The position numbers and the translations under genes are program-made. The notes under the pieces were generated by a model. The model was not told the DNA's origin. It saw nothing but the letters and a program-made list of their open reading frames with translations, and did not search any database. A stretch of DNA of 64,000 nt from a virus: positions 1 to 64,000 of IMG/VR virus record IMGVR_UViG_3300009104_000002; one strand, written 5' to 3'. Of this stretch, positions 43,974-53,689 are shown piece after piece. Position 1 is the stretch's first letter. Every line of letters begins with the position of its first letter.

Positions 43974-44932
43974 GGGGTTATTCTATAATATTTTATAGAA
44001 TATGCCATCTCAACTAAGGCACCTTCAAGTGGAATAACATTAAAATATATTATATTTGTTGTCGAATCATAGCTCCACAAACTTTTTTCCATCGGCAGAC
44101 CGTCCTCAAATACAACTATCGTATCCTCATAAGGTATATGTTGTAACTCATATTCCTCATAGGGTTTAATATTTTGGGTTGCCTCGTCCACGCCGGATGA
44201 CCAATCTTCTTCACAAATATCAATTATGTTTCCTGCGAAAAAGTTTACTGCATCCATATATTTTACCCCCACCATCGTAGAGTTTGGAATGTAAGAACAA
44301 ATAGAGTCCGAGGGATAAACATGTCCGATAAATGCCAGATATACAGACGGGCGTTGTAGGCCGTACCAATTTATAAATTCTGTACTTGTCAAGGTGCTTT
44401 GCTCTTTTTCATCTGTGACAAAAACAACCAAGAGTGCTGCTGTCGGACGCATCCAGGTTTTAGCATAGGTATCAAACATCATATAATTTTGCACAGCCGA
44501 GAAGCCAGCCTCCGAACCGTCATATGGGAGTTGATTATACATATCGATTGCGTCGGAAACAGTATCCCCTCGCGTGAGAGGGAAAGTAGTTGATTGAGCT
44601 ATTCTACTACCATCACCAGCGGTTATCATCTTCAACCTCCAATTAACATCTGGGGGCAAATTATTTATCATATGATCAATACCATCCATCAAAGCTGGTT
44701 CATGAGCGACCATAGAACACGATCCATCGATCACCCACAAAATATCTATATCTTCATATGCACCTACCTGAATAAAAGAATCAACCCACACATCAACGTC
44801 TGGCTCAACTGTTACATAGATTGTTTCCTTCTCTGGGGGTGTTCCATCTGTGTGAATTACATAATCAAAATTATTATCGCAAGCCGCGAGGAAACAAAAG
44901 AATAAAATTATATATTTTTTAAAATCCATCAT
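43970..44932 (-). CDS. VWA-domain lipoprotein
   Basis: MMDFKKYIILFFCFLAAC lipobox; DILWVIDGSCSM MIDAS; LVVFVTDE. Confidence 0.8.
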   Translation of the reverse strand: MMDFKKYIILFFCFLAACDNNFDYVIHTDGTPPEKETIYVTVEPDVDVWVDSFIQVGAYEDIDILWVIDGSCSMVAHEPALMDGIDHMINNLPPDVNWRLKMITAGDGSRIAQSTTFPLTRGDTVSDAIDMYNQLPYDGSEAGFSAVQNYMMFDTYAKTWMRPTAALLVVFVTDEKEQSTLTSTEFINWYGLQRPSVYLAFIGHVYPSDSICSYIPNSTMVGVKYMDAVNFFAGNIIDICEEDWSSGVDEATQNIKPYEEYELQHIPYEDTIVVFEDGLPMEKSLWSYDSTTNIIYFNVIPLEGALVEMAYSIKYYRITP

Positions 44933-45740
44933 TTTTTCTTTTCTCCAGAGTTCGTATGTTTTGCCGAACATACTGCATATCAATTAAATTCGCAGGCGCA
45001 ACGTATACAATCGAACCAACAAGGGTGGGTCCAAAGAAGCCCCTACCAACCATAATTGAACTAACAACTCCAACAAACCTCCCCCTCGTATCAAATACTC
45101 CAGATCCAGACGAGCCGCCCCAAGCGAGCGAGTGCATAGCCAGATCAGTGCCATATCCGTCTCCGGCGATTTCGCCCTCAAAAGTTAAAAGAGAGTTTCT
45201 ACCCGGAAAACCAGAGTAAACTACCGTTTCGCCGACTGAATATTCTGGATCCCTGACAAACTTGGCCGGGGTTCTACTCCCCAATTCCGGAGTTACCAAT
45301 ATGGCTATATCCACATATGGATCCCAGTAGACCAATTTTCCAACTACTTTTTCAAGAGGAGAGGTTATCAGCGCCTCACTCGTTAAAACAGTCGGTGGCC
45401 CTTCGGCCCATAAGTGGGCCGCAGTCACAACTATGTGGTGCCCCCTATATTTAAAATAAGTGCCCGTCCCCCGATATCTACCGCCGGGAGCCTGAACATG
45501 TATTTTTACAGCAGATTCGCGGGAAACACGCTGGGAGTGTCCCTCAATACTGTCCTTTACTCCATACTCCATAAAGCAACATTCTTGATTGTCCCTCACT
45601 TCTTGGAGGGAGGGCGGGAGTGAATCGCCTCCAGCTGTCCAAAGAAATCCCTCTTGCGAGGAGCAACTTAAATTTGTTAAAATTACTCCAAAAAATAATA
45701 CTACAATTAAACCGTTAATCACCTTCCTTATTTTATTCAT
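44919..45740 (-). CDS. trypsin-like serine protease, exported / lipoprotein
   Basis: VVTAAHL (His), DIAIL (Asp), GGSSGSGV (Ser); N-terminal hydrophobic signal ending in LSC. Confidence 0.85.
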   Translation of the reverse strand: MNKIRKVINGLIVVLFFGVILTNLSCSSQEGFLWTAGGDSLPPSLQEVRDNQECCFMEYGVKDSIEGHSQRVSRESAVKIHVQAPGGRYRGTGTYFKYRGHHIVVTAAHLWAEGPPTVLTSEALITSPLEKVVGKLVYWDPYVDIAILVTPELGSRTPAKFVRDPEYSVGETVVYSGFPGRNSLLTFEGEIAGDGYGTDLAMHSLAWGGSSGSGVFDTRGRFVGVVSSIMVGRGFFGPTLVGSIVYVAPANLIDMQYVRQNIRTLEKRKNDGF

Positions 45741-45805
45741 TGATTTAGTTCCTCATGAGGCCGTGCCTCTATAAGTAAGTATCAGTGAAAATATTAAAAG
45801 GGGAA

Positions 45806-45961
45806 CTATTTTTTCGAAGGATTATCTTGCTTTTTACCGTATTCTGGTAGTTCTTCTATTTCCTCTTCTGTTAAAATCTCTTCCCTAGCCTTGGGAGTGG
45901 CAGTTTCCGTCTTCTTTGGACAACTACAAAGAAATAGTAAAAGGAACATTATCCTATTCAT
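45806..45961 (-). CDS. 51-aa putative lipoprotein
   Basis: MNRIMFLLLFLCSCPKKTET...; ATGA overlap with the Nudix stop. Confidence 0.6.
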   Translation of the reverse strand: MNRIMFLLLFLCSCPKKTETATPKAREEILTEEEIEELPEYGKKQDNPSKK

Positions 45962-46374
45962 CCGATCGCCTTCCGAATAGCATCAAGATAAATTTCTCCA
46001 ATATTATTTAATTTTTTTATTTCTTCAAAGTTTGACCACCGATAGTCATCGTGCTCTGGCAGTTCATCTTTTTCGAAAAGTTCTCCCTCCCAATGGGTCG
46101 TTTTAAAATATCTTTTCTTGCCATCATCATATAAAAATTCTAGAGATAAAATATTCAAATTCGTTTCCTCTTTTGTTTCCCTCGCTGCACCATCCTCCCA
46201 CTCCTCTCCTTCCACCAAATGCCCACCCGGTAAGTCCCACTTTTTAGGGTATCTTTGATCTTCCTTTCTCAGCAGTAGCAAAACTTCCCCGCGCTTATTC
46301 ATAACAATAACCTTAACTATTTTATTTGTATCTCTTAATTTACGAAATGATGAAATTTTTATATTTATGGACAC
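45958..46374 (-). CDS. Nudix hydrolase
   Basis: WDLPGGHLVEGEEWEDGAARETKEETNL Nudix box. Confidence 0.92.
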   Translation of the reverse strand: MSINIKISSFRKLRDTNKIVKVIVMNKRGEVLLLLRKEDQRYPKKWDLPGGHLVEGEEWEDGAARETKEETNLNILSLEFLYDDGKKRYFKTTHWEGELFEKDELPEHDDYRWSNFEEIKKLNNIGEIYLDAIRKAIG

Positions 46375-46751
46375 TACTGAACTCGTGATGGATGTCGAAC
46401 GACTCGAATCACTTTACAGCCTGGGATCTCCGAACCCCGGATAATCGGGAGGAGATGATCTTTAACAAAGGTTTTGGGTGTGACCGAATCAGAATGAGGA
46501 TGAAATTTGATCTTCACGCGACTAGAATAGGATGTTGATACTTCCCGATATGATGAATCAAGGGCAGTCACAACAGTAACCCCCCCGATGGAACGTATGT
46601 CTTGCAGAGTCTCCTCCACTCCATATTCCGCCTGTATTTTTAAAAGCAATTCTACCTGGAAAGTTCTTAATTTATATTTTTCTTCGTGGAGCTTTTCTAA
46701 TTTCTCTTCGATGATTTGATCTAATTCTGTGAAGGGCATTTTATTCCTCAC
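46374..46751 (-). CDS. hypothetical protein
   Basis: GAGGA RBS and late motif at 46752. Confidence 0.75.
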   Translation of the reverse strand: MRNKMPFTELDQIIEEKLEKLHEEKYKLRTFQVELLLKIQAEYGVEETLQDIRSIGGVTVVTALDSSYREVSTSYSSRVKIKFHPHSDSVTPKTFVKDHLLPIIRGSEIPGCKVIRVVRHPSRVQ

Positions 46752-46766
46752 AATAAATAGTTTATT

Positions 46767-47114
46767 TTATTTCCAAAATACCTGAATTGCTATGATAATA
46801 AAAGATAAAAGCACACACACTAAAGTCTTTGGTTCGAAGATACTTTCATTAAAATACCAGTAAGTCAAAAATGGAAATACCAAATAGGAAAGCCCAAAGC
46901 CAAGTAGCCTCGGACCCCACGCCTCGCCCATCTCTTCGACTGCGTATTTCATCCCAAATATAAACAAGTAGCTAGTCGGGAGAGCAAAGATCAGGGGAAT
47001 ATAAATAATATTTTCCTCGCACCACTCCCAAATAAATTGAGAATAGGTGGCATACCACGCGACGACGTGGCCACATAAAATAAGTGTACATGCAAAATAT
47101 AGTTTGAGAGTCAC
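46767..47114 (-). CDS. multi-pass membrane protein
   Basis: Four hydrophobic segments. Confidence 0.7.
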   Translation of the reverse strand: MTLKLYFACTLILCGHVVAWYATYSQFIWEWCEENIIYIPLIFALPTSYLFIFGMKYAVEEMGEAWGPRLLGFGLSYLVFPFLTYWYFNESIFEPKTLVCVLLSFIIIAIQVFWK

Positions 47115-47452
47115 TACTCCCTCCGGTAGTCATCTTCGAGTCGGACAACATCATCCAGATGATTGGTACTCACCTCAATAACCTCCACATTGCTTTCCAT
47201 CGCTGCGAACCTATGTATTTGCCCCGGCTTGACATGAAAGGATTGTCCCGGTGTGAGGCGAATTACGTTTTCATCTTTATCATAATTATATAAAGTTCCC
47301 TTGAGAACATAAATCGTTTCTTCTTTCTGATTATGATATTGTCGCGACAATCTATTTCCCGAAGTTATATGTAGCAACTTGCCAACATAATCATCCGTTT
47401 GTGCCCAGATTATCTCGTATCCCCACGGCTTATCAATTTTAATCTGCTTCAT
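47114..47452 (-). CDS. cupin (mannose-6-phosphate isomerase-like)
   Basis: KPWGYE, LSRQYH..KEET, PGQIHR, VVRLEDDY. Confidence 0.88.
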   Translation of the reverse strand: MKQIKIDKPWGYEIIWAQTDDYVGKLLHITSGNRLSRQYHNQKEETIYVLKGTLYNYDKDENVIRLTPGQSFHVKPGQIHRFAAMESNVEVIEVSTNHLDDVVRLEDDYRRE

Positions 47453-47852
47453 TTAAAACCCACTTTATATATTTTAAAAGGCTATCGCAATAATTTTCTT
47501 CCCACATATTTTTCTTTATTTCTATTCCGAGCTTCTCTGATAAATTACGCCCCTCATACCAAGCCATTATCTCTTCTCGCATAACTTCCATTCTTCCGTC
47601 TATAGTCTGCGCATCAACATACTCTGGAATTTTATTATTCTTGCTGCGAAATATAATGTGGCCGGCCTCATGCAACAAAATGATTAACTGTGTTAAAGGA
47701 GGGTGGGAGCTATTTATGGAAACAACCCCCGCATCATCTGGATTTTCCGGGTCAAACCAAAATTCATCCATCCCACCCCCATCAAAATCCACATATACAT
47801 CGTACTCGTCGATGAGAAAAGCCTCGACGTAACTAATTTGTTCTTGTATCAC
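47439..47852 (-). CDS. HExxH metallopeptidase-like protein
   Basis: LLHEAGHI...EEIMAWYEG. Confidence 0.7.
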   Translation of the reverse strand: MIQEQISYVEAFLIDEYDVYVDFDGGGMDEFWFDPENPDDAGVVSINSSHPPLTQLIILLHEAGHIIFRSKNNKIPEYVDAQTIDGRMEVMREEIMAWYEGRNLSEKLGIEIKKNMWEENYCDSLLKYIKWVLNEAD

Positions 47853-48289
47853 TTTTTAGAACGCCCCCGAGGACGGCCCCTCTTGGAATAACTTTTATTT
47901 AAGCTATGCTTATTGCTTCCCCTACCCCAGAAATATTTACTATTTTTTTCATCTATAAATAATGAAACACTTATTTTGTTTTCCATCACAATAAAGTATC
48001 TAACTTCCAAGTTGCCATACTTCGGCTTCCTTGATCTCTTTGTTGGAGGCTTATTTAGGTGAGTTAGACACCCATCGACTATCTCTTTGGCCGCTAATCC
48101 TTCTTTTAAATAATCTTGTAAGGGTTTCTCTGGAGTAATATAGGCAGCGATTGCCCACTTTTTTGTCCCGAAACCCGGCGTGTTGAAAGCTCCCCCGACA
48201 TACCTGCCCAGCTTTTTTTTATCGTCTGGACCCGGCAAGATGGCTGGTTCCAAGTTTCCAACTTCATTAAATTTACAAACAATCTCCAT
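47849..48289 (-). CDS. basic hypothetical protein
   Basis: GGAG RBS. Confidence 0.7.
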   Translation of the reverse strand: MEIVCKFNEVGNLEPAILPGPDDKKKLGRYVGGAFNTPGFGTKKWAIAAYITPEKPLQDYLKEGLAAKEIVDGCLTHLNKPPTKRSRKPKYGNLEVRYFIVMENKISVSLFIDEKNSKYFWGRGSNKHSLNKSYSKRGRPRGRSKK

Positions 48290-48290
48290 A

Positions 48291-48584
48291 TCAACTCCTC
48301 AACAATTTTAATTTTTGATTTTTTAACTTATCATAAACTTCGTCAACAGCGCCGACGACAACAATTTCCTGGCCATATGTCCCTTTGTTTATGGTAATGC
48401 GGGTAAAGTTTTGTCTAGCATCTAAATTTTGTGGTAGGCGCCCCTCTGACAATAACCCCTTTGTAACCGCATCTTCCCTCATACAAACAACATGGTCTGG
48501 GTTTATGTAAATTGTTCTTAAAGAATAATTCCTCACCACAGTTTCATTGTCCGTCCCATAAATTTCTACAAGTTTAATATTCAA
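48291..48584 (-). CDS. FlbD-like small protein (TTG start)
   Basis: IYINPDHVVCMRE...TRITI...IVVVGAVDEV. Confidence 0.5.
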   Translation of the reverse strand: MNIKLVEIYGTDNETVVRNYSLRTIYINPDHVVCMREDAVTKGLLSEGRLPQNLDARQNFTRITINKGTYGQEIVVVGAVDEVYDKLKNQKLKLLRS

Positions 48585-48834
48585 CCTCTTCTCCTGATTC
48601 GTATACATGACATGACTGAACAGTCCAGAGGTTTCCCTCATAGAACACTTCGCAATATTCTGGATATGGACTATTAACAAACATAAGTTTTTGTGGGGCC
48701 ACCAGTACCACTGTCTTTTTAAAGTTCGCGCCCCAACAATAGAATGGATCTTCGCGGACTTGCTCCTCGTATAAAAACATCATAACGTCAGATGGGACGT
48801 GGACGTAATCACCCTGTTTAAGATTTCTCTTCAC
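48574..48834 (-). CDS. SH3-like hypothetical protein (GTG start)
   Basis: LKQGDYVHV; GGGGGAG RBS. Confidence 0.6.
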   Translation of the reverse strand: MKRNLKQGDYVHVPSDVMMFLYEEQVREDPFYCWGANFKKTVVLVAPQKLMFVNSPYPEYCEVFYEGNLWTVQSCHVYESGEEVEY

Positions 48835-49120
48835 TCTCCCCCCATTCCTCGGCGTCCTCCTGCTCCGTTTCTGGTATCGCAGAGATGGCCCGGACATATC
48901 CAGATAAAATATCCATTGAATCGACCAGCTTTAGGTCCAATTTTGCCAGACTAATCCTTATTTCCCTTAGTTTCTCAACGATTGTCAAAGGATCCCCCCC
49001 AATCGTATGATTCAATTCCCCGTGAATTGATCTAAAATTTTGTTCACATTCCTCTAGAATGCGTGATACCTCGCTCGGTACGTCATCTAAATCAACGGAA
49101 TAAGTTATATTTACTCTCAA
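48818..49120 (-). CDS. helical hypothetical protein
   Basis: GAGGT RBS with TTG start; promoter at 49138. Confidence 0.7.
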   Translation of the reverse strand: MRVNITYSVDLDDVPSEVSRILEECEQNFRSIHGELNHTIGGDPLTIVEKLREIRISLAKLDLKLVDSMDILSGYVRAISAIPETEQEDAEEWGESEEKS

Positions 49121-49137
49121 ATTTACCTCTTTCTAAT

Positions 49138-49166
49138 AGTATAACAAAGTTTACGAGAAAAGTCAA
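49138..49166 (-). promoter_or_regulatory. sigma70 promoter TTGACT-N17-TATACT
   Basis: agtata at 49138 and agtcaa at 49161. Confidence 0.65.
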
Positions 49167-49170
49167 GTGC

Positions 49171-49497
49171 TTAACTAAAAAAAGTTTGCCAGATAGTTGC
49201 GACAGCCAATCCAATAACGGAAGTCATTATGACCCAAACAACTTTTGAAGTTTGGTCCTTCCATTGTTCAATTGCGCGGAGGCGCGCATAGAGTCCTTGG
49301 TCCGGATTATAGACAGCCTCTTTAATTTTAGAAATGTCCTCTGTCATTCTGAATTGGCATTGCCTCATAGCGTCTAAATTATCGACCAGCCTATCAAGCT
49401 TTCCATCCATCTCTACAATATCTGTCATCTTCACATCATCCTCTGACATAAGTAGCCCTCCCCCGCCCTGCGATTTATTGAGTGAAATAATTTCCAT
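49171..49497 (-). CDS. coiled-coil protein with C-terminal TM (holin/XhlA-like architecture)
   Basis: Coiled coil then VVWVIMTSVIGLAVATIWQTFF. Confidence 0.6.
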   Translation of the reverse strand: MEIISLNKSQGGGGLLMSEDDVKMTDIVEMDGKLDRLVDNLDAMRQCQFRMTEDISKIKEAVYNPDQGLYARLRAIEQWKDQTSKVVWVIMTSVIGLAVATIWQTFFS

Positions 49498-49515
49498 AGT
49501 ATTCTAAATAGATGC

Positions 49516-51084
49516 TTATTTTTCAATCACCGCGCAATTTGTAGTTAAAAGAGTACCAGAGACTGATGCTGCATTCTGTAGCGCTGTCCTCGTTACCTTA
49601 ACTGGGTCAATAACCCCTGCTTCGATTAAGTCTCCCACCTCGTCAGTTAGGAAGTTATAACCCTTGTTTCCCTCATGAGTTAGTACGGTGTTACAAATTA
49701 TATCAGGTGACAGGCCAGCATTCAATGCCATTTGTCGAAGGGGCGCCTGAACTGCCTCTTTTATTATTTCAACGCCAAGAAGCTGATCGTCATTATCTAC
49801 GTCAACCTCTAAGTTTGTAGTCGCTCGGATCAACGCCGTGCCTCCGCCGACGATTATGCCCTCCAACTGTGCGGATCTAACTGCCTCAAGTGCGTCCTCG
49901 ACCCTGTGCTTCTTCTCGACCATCTCAATCTCGGTGGCCGCGCCAATACGAATGATGGCAATGCCACTGGATAATCTAGCAATCCTATCCTGAATTTTTT
50001 CGCATTCATGCAAATTTGCTTCTTCTACCAAATCAGCCTTTAGATCGCAGACTTGGCGATCAATCAAACCAGCATCCCCTTCGCCGCCCACGATCGTTGT
50101 TTGATTGCGCGTTATATCAATTCTGCTCGCTGTTCCAAAATCAGTTAGTTTAACGTCATTGAGCTTTCGGCCCTGTGACCTACTGATAAAACTGGCGCCG
50201 GTTGAAATTGCCAGGTCTTTTAAAATGTTTTGTCTCTCTTCGCCATAACGAGGAGCCTTGACCGCTGCGACCTTCAAAGTTCCCTTCAAAACATTCATAA
50301 TTAAAGCCGCCAGTGCTTGACCCTCGACTTCGCTGGCTATGAAAATTAAAGGTCGGGCCTCCCTAGCAGACAACTCCAAGATTCCCATAATATCTTGAAC
50401 GTGTTCAATCTTTTCATCGGTTACTAGCAGGAGTGGATTGTCGTAAGTTGCGGCCCTTCGCCTCTCATCAGTGATGAAGGCCGTCGCAGCATAGCCAGAG
50501 TCCACCCTAAAGCCTTCCACAAGGTCTAGGCTGGTTTGATGCGAACGTGCCTCCTCGACCGTAATGGCGCCGTCCTTTCCGGCTGCACTAACAGCGCGGC
50601 CGACCAGGGTGCCAATCACCTTGTCGTTATTGGCCGAAATGGTGGCCACATGCGAGATATCTTCCTCACAACTAATGGGCTGCGCTGCATCCTTTAAGTT
50701 GCTAACAACGACCTCAACTGCCTTCTCAATTCCGCGTTGGAGTTCTATGGGGGGGACACCCGAAGAAATATACTTCTGCGCCTTAGTGAGAATCGCTCGC
50801 GACAACACTGTTGCCGTCGTGGTTCCATCACCGGCATCTAGGTTTGTTTGCATCGCTGCTTGTTTAATAATCTGAGCACCAGCATTCTCAATTGGATCTT
50901 CCAAGTCCACAAACTCTGCTACTGTAACCCCGTCTTTCGTAATGATGGGCCTCTTGCCCTTCTCTTGCAGAATAACGTTCCTTCCTCTCGGTCCAAGGGT
51001 CGAAGCTACATTATCTGCTAAAACATTGATTCCTTTTAAAATCTTTTGGCTCATCTCCGAACCAGAACCATAATGCTTAGTCAA
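49516..51084 (-). CDS. groEL: group I chaperonin GroEL-like
   Basis: TLGPRGRNV, TKDGVTVA, AGDGTTTATVL, GGGTAL and GVIDPVKVTRTALQNAASV. Confidence 0.97.
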   Translation of the reverse strand: MTKHYGSGSEMSQKILKGINVLADNVASTLGPRGRNVILQEKGKRPIITKDGVTVAEFVDLEDPIENAGAQIIKQAAMQTNLDAGDGTTTATVLSRAILTKAQKYISSGVPPIELQRGIEKAVEVVVSNLKDAAQPISCEEDISHVATISANNDKVIGTLVGRAVSAAGKDGAITVEEARSHQTSLDLVEGFRVDSGYAATAFITDERRRAATYDNPLLLVTDEKIEHVQDIMGILELSAREARPLIFIASEVEGQALAALIMNVLKGTLKVAAVKAPRYGEERQNILKDLAISTGASFISRSQGRKLNDVKLTDFGTASRIDITRNQTTIVGGEGDAGLIDRQVCDLKADLVEEANLHECEKIQDRIARLSSGIAIIRIGAATEIEMVEKKHRVEDALEAVRSAQLEGIIVGGGTALIRATTNLEVDVDNDDQLLGVEIIKEAVQAPLRQMALNAGLSPDIICNTVLTHEGNKGYNFLTDEVGDLIEAGVIDPVKVTRTALQNAASVSGTLLTTNCAVIEK

Positions 51085-51095
51085 TTAACACCTCT

Positions 51096-52481
51096 CTATT
51101 CTTCTTTATCAACGACATTGTCGACCTTATCTCTTAACAAATAGGCGTCTTCCCTAGCCGCTAGTGCGCGCCTCTTTCTAGTTACATCTTTTTTATCGAC
51201 CCCGAGAAAATATCTGTTTATATTTTCACTAAAAGAGTGAAGTGCTGAATAGATGGGAATAAGATCACTTGCCAATTTATCTAAATATTTTTCCGTAATT
51301 CCCAGCAGGTTTTCTTCCGACAAATCTAGCTGTCCCACGTTTTGTGATACCGAGGCGGCATATGTAGGAGAAATGTGAAATTGTGCTGAATTTTGATAAC
51401 CTGGGGTTTCCCTCAAGAGCGCGATAAATTCACTAAAATTTCCGGTCTGCGCAAGTTTAACTTTTTCATACATCTCAGCGCCGCCGTAAAGATGATTGAC
51501 GCTGGCGGAATATCTTTTTATTTTCTTGACATCCTCATCCGTTCTGTAAGTAACGGAGAAGGGCGCGCCAACTTCCTTAAAGGCCCTGGCGGATCTGGCG
51601 ATATTCTTCCCCCCTGAATCATATATTTTAATAATTCCCGGCTCTGTAACTCTCTTTGAAACCCCAGTTTCTCTGAAGAAATCTGCCAACTCTTCTCTGG
51701 AAAGGCCCGAGACTTCCGACTCTTCTTTGACTTCGTGATATTCAGCCCACCCAATATAATCTGTAAAATTTTGCTGTGTAATTGTAAATTCATAAAAATC
51801 CAAAACGTCATTACCCACTTTACGAACCACCAAATAAGTTATTTCTGGCGGCTCTACCGTGGCAAAATGTTCTACAAGATTCTTGTAAGAGCCATCAATC
51901 GATGTGCCGGGAGATAATAATTTTAAACTATAATGAACCCCGTTTAGAACCACATCAGTAATGGGCTTTCCTGATTGCCCAGATGCCTCATCGCCAGTAA
52001 CATCCACAATTTGAATACTTTGGCCGCCAAATATTCCAGCAAGAAATCCCTCGAATAAAAAGCCTCCAACCGACTCTGTGTATTCCACCAAGATACTCCT
52101 CAATGTCTCCAAAACGACCATGGCAGAAATAATTTTCGGAATGTCAGCGCCGGGATCGTATTGAATAACCTCATTAAGATTCGCAATCTTTCCCTCAACA
52201 CTATCCCCTTTTAGGTTTTTAGTAAATTCCTCAATGATGGTCCTGTCTTTATTATCAACCTTACCCCACAGTTCTGTGATCTTGAAGGTTGGTAATTTTA
52301 CACCACCACGGAGAGACTCTGGCACCTCTTTCTGGGCCGCGTCGTAAGTTGTAGAAACTGAGGCCTCTTCAAAGAGAGGCTGCAAGTTCAGCATGGTTTC
52401 TTCCACGACTTCCAGCAACTTTTTAAAGGAAAAATTGTTTTCCCCATAATGCTTTTTAATTAAATTATCTAGTTTACTCAT
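51096..52481 (-). CDS. hypothetical protein, possible PD-(D/E)xK nuclease fold
   Basis: GFLFEGFLAG...PITDVV....YSLKL. Confidence 0.55.
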   Translation of the reverse strand: MSKLDNLIKKHYGENNFSFKKLLEVVEETMLNLQPLFEEASVSTTYDAAQKEVPESLRGGVKLPTFKITELWGKVDNKDRTIIEEFTKNLKGDSVEGKIANLNEVIQYDPGADIPKIISAMVVLETLRSILVEYTESVGGFLFEGFLAGIFGGQSIQIVDVTGDEASGQSGKPITDVVLNGVHYSLKLLSPGTSIDGSYKNLVEHFATVEPPEITYLVVRKVGNDVLDFYEFTITQQNFTDYIGWAEYHEVKEESEVSGLSREELADFFRETGVSKRVTEPGIIKIYDSGGKNIARSARAFKEVGAPFSVTYRTDEDVKKIKRYSASVNHLYGGAEMYEKVKLAQTGNFSEFIALLRETPGYQNSAQFHISPTYAASVSQNVGQLDLSEENLLGITEKYLDKLASDLIPIYSALHSFSENINRYFLGVDKKDVTRKRRALAAREDAYLLRDKVDNVVDKEE

Positions 52482-52489
52482 AATACTAA

Positions 52490-53131
52490 TTAGTCTCCAA
52501 AATCCGCTTCTTCCAATAGAGTGTAGGTAAAGCTGTTTCCAAACGTTTCTTTTGATCTATTTACTATTTCCATAAATTTTTTGTATTCTGTTCCATTTTT
52601 AAAAACTTGACACCCAGCAGAGTAAGCCCCAACATAGCTTGTTTCTCCGGATTTCGCCCGATGGATATTTATTCCAAACCACCCCTCTTCTAAAGAGTCC
52701 GGATCGTGATCTAGGATATTATCTCTGTTATTATCCCTCCACACTTTCACCTTTGATCCTCGCTGACACAGCGCTTCGTGGGCAAAACGAGGATTTCGCT
52801 TTGCGTGCGTATCAACTTTGTAAGTGCCACGATATTGATCCGGGATCAGGATTGCAGTTCCCGCTGAATTAACAGGGTGATCAATCAAATAGTATGTTGA
52901 CGGATCTGTCGTGATTCTTGCATTAAATACTTCCAACTCTTTTTGCTTGTTCCTATACAGAACTAAAATTGAATCATCAAACTTATTAGCTCTTCTGTTT
53001 TCTGAACGTATACCAATAATATTTATATTCCAAGAGAGATTTCCATCAAAATATTTATATTTCTTTTCTTTTAATATTTTCCTAACCTGCTCGGTGATTA
53101 TTTTTGCCTGCAACCCTTTTATAACTGGCAT
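52490..53131 (-). CDS. L,D-transpeptidase (YkuD)-like putative peptidoglycan hydrolase
   Basis: NKFDD, TTDPS, GINIHRA and YSAGCQV give the H...S.GC catalytic pattern. Confidence 0.6.
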   Translation of the reverse strand: MPVIKGLQAKIITEQVRKILKEKKYKYFDGNLSWNINIIGIRSENRRANKFDDSILVLYRNKQKELEVFNARITTDPSTYYLIDHPVNSAGTAILIPDQYRGTYKVDTHAKRNPRFAHEALCQRGSKVKVWRDNNRDNILDHDPDSLEEGWFGINIHRAKSGETSYVGAYSAGCQVFKNGTEYKKFMEIVNRSKETFGNSFTYTLLEEADFGD

Positions 53132-53143
53132 TGTGTGGCCTCC

Positions 53144-53689
53144 TCATACAATTATATCTGCTATGCCTCGCTCTACTGCCTCCTCCGCTGAAAGATATAC
53201 ATTAACATTTTTCATAAATAACTTTTTCAGGACCGTAGGAGTAAAATTGGTATGTGCACAGAGAGCCTTAATATATAAATCTTGTATTTTTTGTGTCTCT
53301 TTCATTTCATTTTTTAAATCGTGAAGTGGACCTGCATTGCCAGCCACAACAGAGTGCAGCATAATTCTACAAGTGCGCCCGACCTTTCTCTTCCCTTTTG
53401 TACCCGCTGCCAGCAGCAGAACACCCGCCGACATGACCTTCCCCAGCCCGAACGTCACAATATCTACTTTTGATTTTGCTTCCCTCATGAAGTCATATAT
53501 ACTAAACATATCAGATGCTCTTCCACCATCCGTAGAAATATATAATTCGATATCCTTATCTGAATCCGACAAGTAGAGTCTGAATGCATATATTACCTCT
53601 TCCGCCTTCTTTTCATCAATATCCTGAAAAATCCCAACTACTCTAGGCTCTTCACTCTGCCCATCATCGGCTCGCTTTGGGTTTGCCAT
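53144..53689 (-). CDS. clpP: ClpP-family protease subunit
   Basis: LYISTDGG, GKVMSAGVLLL (Ser), IMLHS (His), YLSAEEAVERGIADII. Confidence 0.9.
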   Translation of the reverse strand: MANPKRADDGQSEEPRVVGIFQDIDEKKAEEVIYAFRLYLSDSDKDIELYISTDGGRASDMFSIYDFMREAKSKVDIVTFGLGKVMSAGVLLLAAGTKGKRKVGRTCRIMLHSVVAGNAGPLHDLKNEMKETQKIQDLYIKALCAHTNFTPTVLKKLFMKNVNVYLSAEEAVERGIADIIV

